Below are positions 49,122 through 59,666 of a stretch of 64,000 nt of DNA, piece by piece (position 1 is the stretch's first letter; each line of letters starts with the position of its first letter). The stretch is taken from contig CAVTMK010000002.1 in the NCBI GenBank assembly GCA_963735805.1, positions 1,152,001-1,216,000 of the forward strand, written 5' to 3'. Source of the DNA: an uncultured Verrucomicrobiae bacterium (GTDB lineage Bacteria; Verrucomicrobiota; Verrucomicrobiia; Chthoniobacterales; UBA10450). Under the pieces are notes generated by a model. That model did not search any database, had not been told where the DNA came from, and saw only the letters and a list, made by a program, of their open reading frames with translations. Both the position numbers and the translations under genes were made by a program.

Positions 49122-49817
49122 ATGAAGACTCTCGGAATCATCGGCGGCCTCGGCCCTGAAAGCACTATCGATTACTACGGAAGGATCATCGCTCTTTATC
49201 GTGAGCGAACCGGCGACGGCAGTTATCCACAATTCATAATCAACAGCATTAATTTGAAGAAAGGACTCGATTTCATGGAGGCAGGCAATCTGGTAGGAAT
49301 GTCGGGTTACCTGCTGAATGAAACTGGCAAATTAGCGCGTGCTGGAGCGACCTTCGGCCTGATCTCGGCAAACACGCCACATATTGTGTTCGATGAAGTC
49401 GCCTCCAAATCGCCGATTCCATTGATCAGCATCGTCGAAGCAACCTGTGCAGTGGCAAAGGCGCAGAAGTTGAAACGGCTTGCTCTGTTGGGGACGCGCT
49501 ACACCATGGAAGCGGGTTTTTATCCGAAGGTTTTCTCTCGAGAAGGGATCGCGCTTTTCGTGCCAGACCCGAAAGATCAGGCTTATATTCATGACAAGTA
49601 CCTGAACGAATTAGTATCCGGCAAATTTTTGCCTCAGACGCGCGCGGGGTTGCTGACAATTGTCGATCGTCTCAAAGAAGGCCGCGATATCGACGGCGTT
49701 ATTCTCGCCGGGACCGAATTACCGCTGATCCTGCGTGACTCAGAACACAACGGGATTCCGTTTCTCGATACGACAAAAATCCATTGTGAAGCTGCAGTGA
49801 CCGAAATGTTATCCTGA
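49122..49817 (+). CDS. Asp/Glu racemase family protein lacking catalytic cysteines
   Basis: GIIGGLGPEST..YY, ANTPH, LLGT.YTM and AGTELP motifs. Confidence 0.88.
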   Translation: MKTLGIIGGLGPESTIDYYGRIIALYRERTGDGSYPQFIINSINLKKGLDFMEAGNLVGMSGYLLNETGKLARAGATFGLISANTPHIVFDEVASKSPIPLISIVEATCAVAKAQKLKRLALLGTRYTMEAGFYPKVFSREGIALFVPDPKDQAYIHDKYLNELVSGKFLPQTRAGLLTIVDRLKEGRDIDGVILAGTELPLILRDSEHNGIPFLDTTKIHCEAAVTEMLS

Positions 49818-49842
49818 GTGGCGTCTCAGCTGCAAACTAGTG

Positions 49843-50424
49843 ATGAAGGATAGTTCGACGAGGATCGTTACCCTGGTTTTTCTTGGCTGGTTATGCTTTG
49901 CGGTAGGGTTAGGTGGCGGGTTTCATAATGCAACAGCCCCGGCAGTGGCAGTTACTGTATGGATATTAACCGCGTTGGTCTTACTCGCATGTTGGAAAGT
50001 CCCCCCAATCAGAGCATGGGCGTTAAATATCGATCTTCGCTGGTTGGTGTTATTTCATGTGACACGCCTATTTGCCGGCGCGTACTTTCTTTTGCTTTGT
50101 CAGCGCGGACAATTGCCATGCGCTTTCGCAAGACCGGCCGGTGCGGGCGATATCATCGTTGCGGTTTTTGCGTTGGCCGTGGTTAGCGCGATGCGCACTG
50201 AATCTGCAAAGACGCTTTTGCTTATCTGGAACACCATGGGACTTATCGACATCATTCTTGTCGTTTTTGGCGCCCTTCAGTTTGGCTTGAGAGACTGGCA
50301 GGCGATGCACGCGCTGCGGGAATTTCCGCTCAGTCTTCTGCCGACATTTCTGGTGCCGCTGATTATCGCGTCACACGTTTTGATTTTCTTGCGGTTGGCG
50401 CGCAGGGGAATCAATTTGCACTAA
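49843..50424 (+). CDS. Membrane hypothetical protein
   Basis: Multiple TM segments; FPL.LLPTFLVP...H. Confidence 0.75.
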   Translation: MKDSSTRIVTLVFLGWLCFAVGLGGGFHNATAPAVAVTVWILTALVLLACWKVPPIRAWALNIDLRWLVLFHVTRLFAGAYFLLLCQRGQLPCAFARPAGAGDIIVAVFALAVVSAMRTESAKTLLLIWNTMGLIDIILVVFGALQFGLRDWQAMHALREFPLSLLPTFLVPLIIASHVLIFLRLARRGINLH

Positions 50425-50510
50425 TCACTAATCGGCAAACCCTGCGACACGCAGATTTCGAGCGAATTTAGTCTTGCTAAGGAACCGGAACATCGGACAC
50501 GCTGCCAGCG

Positions 50511-51824
50511 ATGATTAGGAGAAAGGTGAGGCACGTTGTTGCGTTTGCGTTGGTTCTGGGGATTGGTTTGGCGGCGATTCCCCGCAACGTCGCCGCCACT
50601 CCGACTAGTACGATCTATTCATTCGGCACGGTAAGTAACGACGGTAAGGACCCCAAGGGATCGCTGACTGACGTGAGCAGTAATGGCCAGGACGTTCTCT
50701 TCGGCCGTACGACCGAGACCGTTGGAGGTAACAGCCCCACTGGCGAGGCCAGCTCCGGTGTTATTTTTCAGTTAGATCCGAAGAATCCCGGGTCGACTTA
50801 TCAAATTGATCACTGGTTCACCGGCAGCACCGACCCCGATAACCCTGACGGCGCGGACCCACGTCACGACGCGATGACCCCGCTTAACGGTCAGTTGTAC
50901 GGCACCACGTTGGAAGGCGGAACAAATAATGTTGGGACCATCTTTTCCATTGGTCAGGATGGTACCGGCTACAAGGTACTCGTGAGTCTTGAAACCTCTG
51001 CCGGCGCCGAATCACATAGCTGTTTTGTAATCGTCGACGATCTTCTCTACGGCATGACAGCGTCTGGAGGACAGGACGACGAAGGTGTCGTCTTTTCATT
51101 TGATCCAACCGCGCCAACGCCTACCCCAACGGCAACCCCTACACCCCCACCGAATTTCGACACCTTATACTCTTTCATGTGCAAGTCTGTGGGGAAGGAG
51201 CCACATGGGCGGCTCACACTCGATCCCAATGGAACTACCTTCTATGGGATGACACGCAAAGGCGGCGCTCGCGGATTCGGAGTTGTGTTCAGCATCGACA
51301 CCAGCGGGCAGAATTACATGGTCTTGCACGACTTTAATGGCGGAGCTGATGACGGCGCAACAAGCGATCATGGGTACGTTGTGCAGTCGGGGGACCACCT
51401 CTACGGCATGACAACGAGTGGCGGGCATCATAATGACGGAGTGATTTTCAAACTCAAGATTGATGACGGAACATTCCAATTGCTTCATAGGTTTGGTGAA
51501 ACCCATCACGATGGTAAAAATCCCTACGGCTCGCTTTTGCTTGTGGGCGATAAGCTATATGGCACCACGGCCAGCGGGGGCGACTATAACAAGGGGACTG
51601 TCTTCGTGATCAAAACCGATGGCCAGGGTTATAATCCATTTTACAGCTTCGGCGCGAATTCCGACGACGGCTCTAACCCAATCGACAACGTGATTCTCGT
51701 TAACGGAGCGCTCTATGGCATGACAACGGGAGGCGGCGCGAATGGCCACGGGGTCATTTTCAAGGTGAGTCCAAGCCCGGGGAGGCATCCCACTCCGAGC
51801 CCCAGGCCAACGCCACCGCACTAG
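50511..51824 (+). CDS. Secreted tandem-repeat protein (choice-of-anchor GloVer-type repeats)
   Basis: Signal peptide; repeated LYGxTxxGG...GxxF...LHxF...DG..P units; Pro/Thr/Arg tail. Confidence 0.85.
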   Translation: MIRRKVRHVVAFALVLGIGLAAIPRNVAATPTSTIYSFGTVSNDGKDPKGSLTDVSSNGQDVLFGRTTETVGGNSPTGEASSGVIFQLDPKNPGSTYQIDHWFTGSTDPDNPDGADPRHDAMTPLNGQLYGTTLEGGTNNVGTIFSIGQDGTGYKVLVSLETSAGAESHSCFVIVDDLLYGMTASGGQDDEGVVFSFDPTAPTPTPTATPTPPPNFDTLYSFMCKSVGKEPHGRLTLDPNGTTFYGMTRKGGARGFGVVFSIDTSGQNYMVLHDFNGGADDGATSDHGYVVQSGDHLYGMTTSGGHHNDGVIFKLKIDDGTFQLLHRFGETHHDGKNPYGSLLLVGDKLYGTTASGGDYNKGTVFVIKTDGQGYNPFYSFGANSDDGSNPIDNVILVNGALYGMTTGGGANGHGVIFKVSPSPGRHPTPSPRPTPPH

Positions 51825-51971
51825 CTGCATCGCCCCTTATAATAAGGACTACCGTGACTTGCAACGTGTTACCGGAGTCGGCGGAATCCAAAACTGTAGT
51901 GGCGGCTGTGTCAGCCGCAAAAAGAAGACCTGAATTGGCAGCAACGGCGCCGCGCGTTCTTCAAATCAAAA

Positions 51972-52043
51972 TGGGCGGTGAGGGTTTCGAACCCCCGACC
52001 CTCTCGGTGTAAACGAGATGCTCTACCACTGAGCTAACCGCCC
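51972..52043 (-). tRNA. tRNA-Val(TAC)
   Basis: GGGCGGTTAGCTCAGTGGTAGAGCATCTCGTTTACACCGAGAGGGTCGGGGGTTCGAAACCCTCACCGCCCA cloverleaf. Confidence 0.95.
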
Positions 52044-52467
52044 GATTCAGTTGTTGACTGTAGTGGCACGCGTACCGGGCGCAAATTCTCAAAGCTGGGT
52101 TTGCGGTGAATTGCCTCGACAAGCTGACAGCTTTTTTGGAATTGCAGTCGGCTAAGGACAAAGTGAGGCCAGACTCAAAAGTCGATCACCGCTTCAAGCG
52201 GAAGCGCGGACGACCGACCCTGTCCAACGCCGGGCTCTGCCGCCTCGTGGAGCGCGGGTGGTGGCCATTGTTGGTAAAACTACGTAGCGGCCACTCTCGA
52301 GCATGCTGCACGTGCGAGCGGTACAACCCTTTATTCAATGCGAGCTTCGCTTTTTTTCGCTCGGCCGCATGCGCTCCGCCCATCCGCATTTCTTCGGCTG
52401 TCAGAGTGCCCGCACTCTCTTTAGTTCCAAGCTGATCTTGATTCCGTGTTGCGATCGGCGCTTGTGG

Positions 52468-53217
52468 CTAGTCCTGCGTTAAGTGCTGAGGTGGTGCGGC
52501 CAGTGCGCTCGCAGTGATACCGCTGTTCGTGGGCTGTACCCGTGGCGCTTTCGCTACTTTCGGCAGCCGACGTCGATTATCCGTATGAGTCCGGGGTGGT
52601 GCATCCGCATGAGTCTGGCGTGGTGCGGTTGCAGCCACGAGAGTATGAGTCAATTGTTCCGGCAGTGCTTGTACCGTTTTCGGAAGTCGGTCGGGAATAA
52701 TCTGCACGACTGCTCCCACGGGAACGCGATTATACAGCTCTGCTACGTCGCTCGATTTCATCCGAATGCAGCCATAACTCGCAGGGCGACCGATTGTTTT
52801 CTCCTGCGGTGTGCCGTGGATATAGATGCCTCGCTGAAATGCATGCGCGTTTTGCGCTTCCAATCCACGCAACCAGATGATGCGTGTGATCACTGGGTCG
52901 CGACCAGGAGCATTCGGCTGCAGAATTTCACCGGTTAACCGCCGATTGTGGAAGACGGCGCCGGACGGGACGTTGTCGCCGATTTTCTTTTCGACTGCGA
53001 GATAGCCAATAGGAGTTGTCATTCGTCCCCAAGAGTCGCCCAAACCAAACATCGACGTGGACACCGGATATGTGGCGACTTTCTCGCCGTTTTGTACAAG
53101 CATCAGCTTCTGATCGCGGACGCTTATTATGAGCTGATGGGTAGGGTCGAGTTGCGTTGCGAAAAGCGCTGGAGCAAGTGAAACCAGACTTAAAACTACA
53201 GCGAGGGCTCGAAACAT
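52468..53217 (-). CDS. L,D-transpeptidase (YkuD family)
   Basis: YPVSTS, TP.G and IYIHGT...GRPASYGCIRM motifs. Confidence 0.9.
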   Translation of the reverse strand: MFRALAVVLSLVSLAPALFATQLDPTHQLIISVRDQKLMLVQNGEKVATYPVSTSMFGLGDSWGRMTTPIGYLAVEKKIGDNVPSGAVFHNRRLTGEILQPNAPGRDPVITRIIWLRGLEAQNAHAFQRGIYIHGTPQEKTIGRPASYGCIRMKSSDVAELYNRVPVGAVVQIIPDRLPKTVQALPEQLTHTLVAATAPRQTHADAPPRTHTDNRRRLPKVAKAPRVQPTNSGITASALAAPPQHLTQD

Positions 53218-53448
53218 GCGCAGCTTTTTTAGCCAAATAGTCGAAGTTTGTCACGCGCGAATTGCGGCGGGTTGCAAACCGGTATCGCCGGATTCTTCGG
53301 CACAAATTTATCTCGCGGCGAGTGGGTGCCTATCCATGAACTGCGCGACCAGCCAAAACAGGTAGCATCCCGCGCATGAAGTACTGGGAGATCATCGCTG
53401 ACAATCTCAAAGCCTGGCGATCGTCTGCTTCGGTACGATCGACACCTT

Positions 53449-53943
53449 CTATTGACTCTGCTCACCATCAGGATAATGCAGCCGAAGCAACTGGGGCTTA
53501 TCGCCCAGCGTGACGATTAATAATTCCGAGTAATCCACGTCAGGAATGTTGATCGTGGTGTTGACTCCAAGCGCTTTGATGATGTTCGGAATCGTGTCGC
53601 CATGTGCAACGACTAGCGCGTTTCCGTTTAGCTGATGCAATTTCCCGACGAGCGCGGCCGTATCTTTCGCCGCAACCACCGTTGGCGTCACGTGAGTTGA
53701 TGTCACGGTTGGCGCCGCGGTTTCCTGGGTGCGCTTGAATTCGCTGGTGAAAATCGCCGTAATGTCAGCGTCCTTCAGAATGCGTGCAAGCGCGTCAGCC
53801 CGGGTACGACCAGCCGAAGTCAAATCCGGATCATTACCACCGTTAGAGGCCTTTTCGGCGTGCCGAACGATAACAACAACCGGTTGCGCCGATGCGATTG
53901 ATGCTGGTATGAAAAACACCAAGAAAAGAGCGAGAACTTTCAT
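53449..53943 (-). CDS. Histidine phosphatase family protein, secreted
   Basis: VRHAEK, RTQETA and LVVAHGDT motifs. Confidence 0.88.
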   Translation of the reverse strand: MKVLALFLVFFIPASIASAQPVVVIVRHAEKASNGGNDPDLTSAGRTRADALARILKDADITAIFTSEFKRTQETAAPTVTSTHVTPTVVAAKDTAALVGKLHQLNGNALVVAHGDTIPNIIKALGVNTTINIPDVDYSELLIVTLGDKPQLLRLHYPDGEQSQ

Positions 53944-54253
53944 GTGAAAAAGCTACAGAAAAACACTCCCATGCGGGCGCGGCCTGGGCAAGTTATGGTC
54001 GGGCGCGGACTATGCGTGTCCCTATTACAACTACTCCTCTTACAATGGGTAATCTGGCTCCCATATTACCGCTACGCCAATTACGGTACCGGCATGGAAT
54101 TAATTACGGCTCAACACAGCCGACCGAATGGCAGGACATCGGAAATTAGATTAACGCCGCGCTGATCTTTGCGCGTCTTTGTTCACAACCGTGCACCACA
54201 GAAGAAAAGCGGCGCGCCAGTTCAATGCTCATCTTCTTCGGTCGGCCTTCGGC

Positions 54254-54350
54254 TTCTAACTAGACAAGAAATAAGCCACGACACCCTGTCGTGGCAAACG
54301 CGCCGAAGTTATCGCCCCAGTAAGGCCGTTGGCTCAGCGGCTGGTTAGAT
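54254..54350 (-). mobile_element. Degenerate complete attC-like site (97 bp)
   Basis: ATCTAAC-cagcc-GCTGAGCC-aacggcc...GCCACGACAGGGTGTCGTGGCTTATT-tcttgtcta-GTTAGAA; left arm closely matches 28516-28543. Confidence 0.62.
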
Positions 54351-55083
54351 GATTACCTGGCGGATTACCGCAGACTTTCGACTCGAGTGCAGTTTATGGA
54401 CTTCGGCGCTCAGCTTACGCCGATTAAAGTTTCGAGAACTTCGCCCGCAAAAATCCGTATCAAGACTTAGTGAACGAACAGGATTTGCCGCCGCGTCGTG
54501 CGCGAAGTTGCAACCGTAAGGTCGGACCAATCACTGGCGGCATTATCGTCGGCATGACCGTGTATTCTTGGGACGACAGTTGCTCAAAGCCAGTCGGTAC
54601 CAACATCGTAAAAATCTCGAACGCGAACTACAGAGACAATCCGGATTTATGCATGAATATTATCGTTGAGGCGCTGCTCTCGCTTCCGGCAGGATTTTAT
54701 ACAGTTGTTTACCATACAGAACCATTGCCCTGCGTGATGGATTTCCGCGTTGGGGGCAAAGGGTGTGGATTACGAGTGAAACCGCTCGACAGCGAAACGA
54801 TTAACAACATGAAACAGCCAGCCTGCCTGCGCATCGTGGTCGAATGAAAAGCTGCCGCGTTCGTTGAATCTGAGTAAGCACTGGAATCGGGCATCCAAAC
54901 AGGCATGAAGGTTGCACCTAATTTGCTGCCGCAATGCGGGACGACTTTACCAGATCAAGGAAGAGCGTTTCCAGACTGATCGTACACTTTGTACCGAACT
55001 TCGTCTGGCAGCTTCCGTAGAAAGAGATTGAGCAGATGGGGTTAACGATGCCGGATAGATTGAGCCCAGTGTAACTTTTCGAT

Positions 55084-57934
55084 GTGTCCATGAATTCAGC
55101 CGGCCCCGCTGGTTGGGCACCGTTCCAGGGAGAGCCGGTGCCGTGTTCGAAATGTGGATCGACATCTCGCGTAGGACGCGAACTTTGTCTGAATTGTCTG
55201 CTTTGTCGGGGTCTGGAAGCGGACACTTCCAATAACGAAACGCTGGAGAATGTGCTCGCTGAGATCGATGTGCCCGATGCTGAATGGCGTGTGGGCAATT
55301 ATCAAATTCTCGAAGAGATCGGCCATGGTGCGATGGGAGTCATTTATCGAGCCCGCCAACGGCACTCGCGCCGTACCGTCGCGTTAAAAAGGATTTTAGC
55401 GCATGAGGCTGATTCGCGGGATACGTTGATTCGTTTTCATCGCGAAGCGGAAGCCGCTTCGAGTCTGGATCATCCAAATATCCTGCCTATTTACGAAGTC
55501 AGCGAAGACAAAGACGGCCTCCCATTCTTCAGTATGAAGTTCGCTGCGGGTGGCAGCTTGCGCGAAGACGCATCGTTTTTACGCGGCGAGCCAGTTCGCA
55601 GCGTAACGCTAATGGCGAAGGTCACACGGGCCGTGCAATACGCACATACACAGGGAATTCTTCATCGTGACCTAAAACCGGGAAACATTTTGCTGGATGG
55701 ACGGGGTGAGCCGTTGGTCAGCGATTTCGGATTAGCCGAATGGCTTGATACGGCGAACGATGTGACGCGCAAGCTGACGATTTTTGGGACACCGGGTTAC
55801 GTTGCACCCGAACAAGCGTCGGGCTCCATGGTGACTTTGAAACCGAGCACAGATGTTTACAGCCTCGGTGCAATTCTGTTCGATCTCTTAACGGGGCGGC
55901 CACCATTCCTTGGCGAGAACTGTACTGGCCGTTATTCAGCAAGCTACTCAAAGGCCCGCGCCCAAACTGCGTTCCCTGAAACCAACGCTCGATCGCGATC
56001 TTGAGACGATTTGCGCAAAATGTCTGGAGCGCGATCCAAATGCCCGTTATCAGTCAGCTGGCGATCTGGCCGAAGATCTTGAGCGCTGGCGGGCAAACCG
56101 TCCCATCGTCGCGCGACCAGTTTCATCCGCGGTGCGCACGCTCCGCTGGTCGCGGCGTAATCCGGTTGTTGCGGGGATGGGTGTACTCTTGTTGGCCCTG
56201 GGAACAGCCGCTGGGATATTGACTTGGAAGAGTGAGCTTCTCCACCGTTCAACAAATGTGGCAATAGCTGTTCTGCCCTTCGAAAATCTTAGCGAAACTA
56301 AGCAAAGCGCGTTTTTTGCCGAGGGTATCCAGGACGGCATTTTGACCAAGCTAGGCCGCGTCGCCGAACTCAGGGTTATTAGCCCCACGAGCGTCATTGC
56401 ATACCGGGGCACACGTAATGCCCGGGAAATCGGGCGGGCGCTAAACGTCTCTCACCTGCTGAAGGGCAGCGTGCGCTGGGAGGCCGGCAGGATTCATTTG
56501 AATGCTCAATTGATAGATGCTCGCACCGACAATCAGGTTTGGGCGGCGGAATACGATCAGGATTTGGCTAACGTGTTTCTTACCCAAAGCGACATCGCGC
56601 AAAAGGTCGCAGATCAACTTGGTGCGCGAGTCTCGGTTCTCGAGAAAGCCGGGATCCAGGAGGCACCGACTTCGGATCTCGTCGCTTACGATTTCTACCT
56701 TCGGGCAAGAGACCTTCTCATGACCTTATTCACCAGTAAGGCGAGAACACAATTGTTACAGGCCGCCGATCTGCTGAACCAGGCTGTCGCGCGTGATCCG
56801 TCTTTTTTCCAAGCATATTGTCAACTCGCTTACGCCCATGACCAACTTTACTTCCTCGGCTTCGACCATACGCCCGCGCGTCTGGCATTAGCGCAAGCAG
56901 CGATCGGGGCCGCATTCTCCCTACGGCCGGAGTCTGGCGAAGCACACCTGGCACGTGCGGAAAATCTTTACAGAGGATATCTCGATTACAAGGGAAGCCT
57001 GGCTGAACTGGAGATCGCCACGCAGGGCCTCCCCAATTCTCCCAGCGTGTTCGCTCTCAAGGGATACATCCAGCGGCGGCAGGGGCACTGGGAAGAATCG
57101 ACGCGGAACTTCGAGCGCGCTATCGATCTCGACCCACGCAATTTTTACACATTACAGCAGCTTGCCATCAGTTACGGAGTTCTCCGACGCTACCGTGAAG
57201 AAGAATCCGTATTGGCTCGCGCGTCGGCGATCGCGCCAAACGATGTAGATACAAAAGTGGCGCTCGCAGCGGTGAAATTTCATTGGAAAGCTGATACTCG
57301 ATCTTTGCATCAAACAATCGATGCCATTCGTCCAACCGATCCCAACGCGTTGGTGGACGTCGCCAATGACTGGTTGAGCTGCGCGCTGGCCGAACGCGAC
57401 GTCGCAGCAGCAAGTGAAGCGTTGAACGCATTCGGCGGAATGCCGCTGACCGATTACGCAGTTCACCTAAGTCGCTCGCTAATGGAAGGTGCTATCGCTC
57501 GCATGACGAACGATGACGAAGCCGCACGTTCGGCATTCAGCGCCGCGCGCGCAGAGCAGGAGAAATTGGTTCAAGCTCAACCAGATTACGCTCCCGCGCT
57601 GTGCGTACTTGGTCTGATTGATGCCGGTCTAGGTCGGAAAGAAGAAGCACTCCGCGAAGGCCGGCGCGCGGTTGAGCTTCTCCCTGTGGAAAAAGATGCA
57701 ATCAACGGCCCTCTTATGATCGAGTACTTAGCGATGATTGCCGCATGGGTTGGCGAGAAGGATATCGCCTGCGAACAGCTTGCGATCGCGATCCGTCCGC
57801 CGAGCACTGTTAGCTATGGTCAGTTAAAACTATTGCCGTTTTGGGATCCGCTGCGGAAAAATCCTCGCTTTGAAAAAATTGTTGCCTCCCTCGCGCCTGA
57901 AGAAACGGACCCAACAAAAGGCCCGGCACAGTGA
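55084..57934 (+). CDS. Ser/Thr protein kinase with TolB-N-like and TPR domains, split by a frameshift near 55917
   Basis: IGHGAMG, VALK, HRDLKPGN, DFG and GTPGYVAPE; then AVLPFENLS and TPRs; one extra A at GGCGAGAACTGTA. Confidence 0.88.
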
Positions 57935-58098
57935 GAAAGAGTAAACGCCACTGGTCTTAGAAATCGCCGGATTGCTCATGGGTCGCAAACATGCGACCTG
58001 CATGCGCTAGTATCCCATTGCGACATTCGTAGGAGATAAAGCCGCGCGATCCGGTTGGACCGCGCGGCTTCCATAGCACCTCGTGGGTGCCTGCAGAA

Positions 58099-58455
58099 TC
58101 AGTCAATAACAACGACGTGATCGACCATGCGCAGGTCACCTGTGTTCGCGTAATAGACACGCACGCGAGCGCCAGGTTTGATCGACGTTTGCACTACGTT
58201 ACCCGTTTTGTCCAAAACGCGACCGGGCCCATCGAGAACATAACGGCTCGGACTATTTGATCTGTCCTCACGGACGACGAGCGTCCTTAGAGGTTGATAA
58301 CTAGCCGCCGAGCCTTCCTCAGTTGTCATTTTGATGATTGCCCCCGTAACCGTGACTGGTTCCGTGGTTGTCTGTTTTTTGTTCGTTGAGCTCGGCTGTG
58401 CGAATGCCAACGGAGCAAGCAGCAAACAAACGAGCGTGATAGTTGTTCTTTTCAT
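58099..58455 (-). CDS. Small secreted hypothetical protein
   Basis: AAGGAGG RBS; signal peptide ending AFA-Q; beta-rich. Confidence 0.75.
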   Translation of the reverse strand: MKRTTITLVCLLLAPLAFAQPSSTNKKQTTTEPVTVTGAIIKMTTEEGSAASYQPLRTLVVREDRSNSPSRYVLDGPGRVLDKTGNVVQTSIKPGARVRVYYANTGDLRMVDHVVVID

Positions 58456-59080
58456 GATGCCTCCTTTTTTAATGAGTAAACCTCCGGAGGTCGTTGGGAC
58501 CAAACAAGAGCCACTTCGTTGTTTTGGTATGGACCACTTTTACCTGGCCAGGAGCTAGATCCAGGCACAAGTCGGTTCATTGGCAGGGCTAGCCCTGCGC
58601 AAAAAACGCTGTGCCGAAGACCGTTTAATCGATTTCCCGACGGTTTTCCGTACTAGTCTACACAGCTAGCTACCAGTCCAATTCTGCTATGGCAGACATT
58701 GGGAATTGTCGGGCCACGCGATAATTTCGCGCATCTGCAATGCATGAGTTTCTCGCCTGAATCTGGTGCCTTGTTGTGCGCTGCTCAGCGAATCGGCGCT
58801 CGTTTCGGCGCCGTTTCCGCGTCTCGCGATTAACGAGAGCCATGAATATGCCGTCAAGTTGATTCCGGCCGTTCAAATGAAAGGTCGCCCAATTCATGAT
58901 TTTTCCTCCAACTGATGCATAGAGACCAAAGATCTTTCGGATTGAGTTAAGCACTTGGACGTGCCGGGGTAGGGATGGCGCGTTTCGTCCACGCGGCCAG
59001 CTATGCCTGGTTACCAATTGACTTAGGCATTGCTCAATTGCGGAGGATAGCGCATGAATGGGGTCTTGTTTTCCTCACTT

Positions 59081-59578
59081 ATGAAGGAGCACTACTTCGA
59101 CGATTTGAAAGTTGGTGATCGGTTCAAATCTGAGCTTTTGAAGGTCACAGAGAAGGAAGTCGTTGAATTCGCCCACAAGTTTGACCCGCAAATGTTTCAT
59201 CTGAATCGGAAAATCGCCGAACGAACACTTTTCAAAGGACTGGTCGCCAGCGGATGGCACACGGCCGCCATTACGATGCGGCTATTTGTGCAAACGTTGA
59301 ATTTCGCCGAGGGCGCCATCGGGCTTGGCGTTGATGAATTACGGTGGCCTAACGCAGTGCGGCCGGGCGACGTGCTTATGGTTGAAACAGAGATTCTTGA
59401 TCTACGACCATCGCGGTCCAAGCCGGGTTACGGCATCATTCGGTTACGTAACGTGACCACGAACCAACACGGCGAGATCGCCCAGACAATGCTTGCCAGC
59501 GCGCTGGTGCCGAGGCGAACGGACGTAAAACAAAAAGCACAAAGCGAAACGCGACAGAAAGGAAATGCCGGAACGTAA
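59081..59578 (+). CDS. MaoC family dehydratase
   Basis: FDPQMFH, ASGWHT and VRPGD motifs. Confidence 0.9.
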   Translation: MKEHYFDDLKVGDRFKSELLKVTEKEVVEFAHKFDPQMFHLNRKIAERTLFKGLVASGWHTAAITMRLFVQTLNFAEGAIGLGVDELRWPNAVRPGDVLMVETEILDLRPSRSKPGYGIIRLRNVTTNQHGEIAQTMLASALVPRRTDVKQKAQSETRQKGNAGT

Positions 59579-59666
59579 CAGGAACTTCCGGTAGTTTTGA
59601 AAAAAGTCGCGCTATGATCAAAGAAATGGCTGAGCCGAGGCTGCGAACTTAGACTTGAATAAATCA

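Noticed and set aside
54275..54340. GGCAAAC plus hairpin as a c-di-GMP riboswitch
   Set aside because: Lacks the rest of the aptamer; better explained as the attC-like site on the minus strand
53944..55080. Short ORFs 53944-54165, 54345-54530, 54470-54847 and 54918-55298
   Set aside because: No recognisable motifs or starts; probably decayed fragments, so not called
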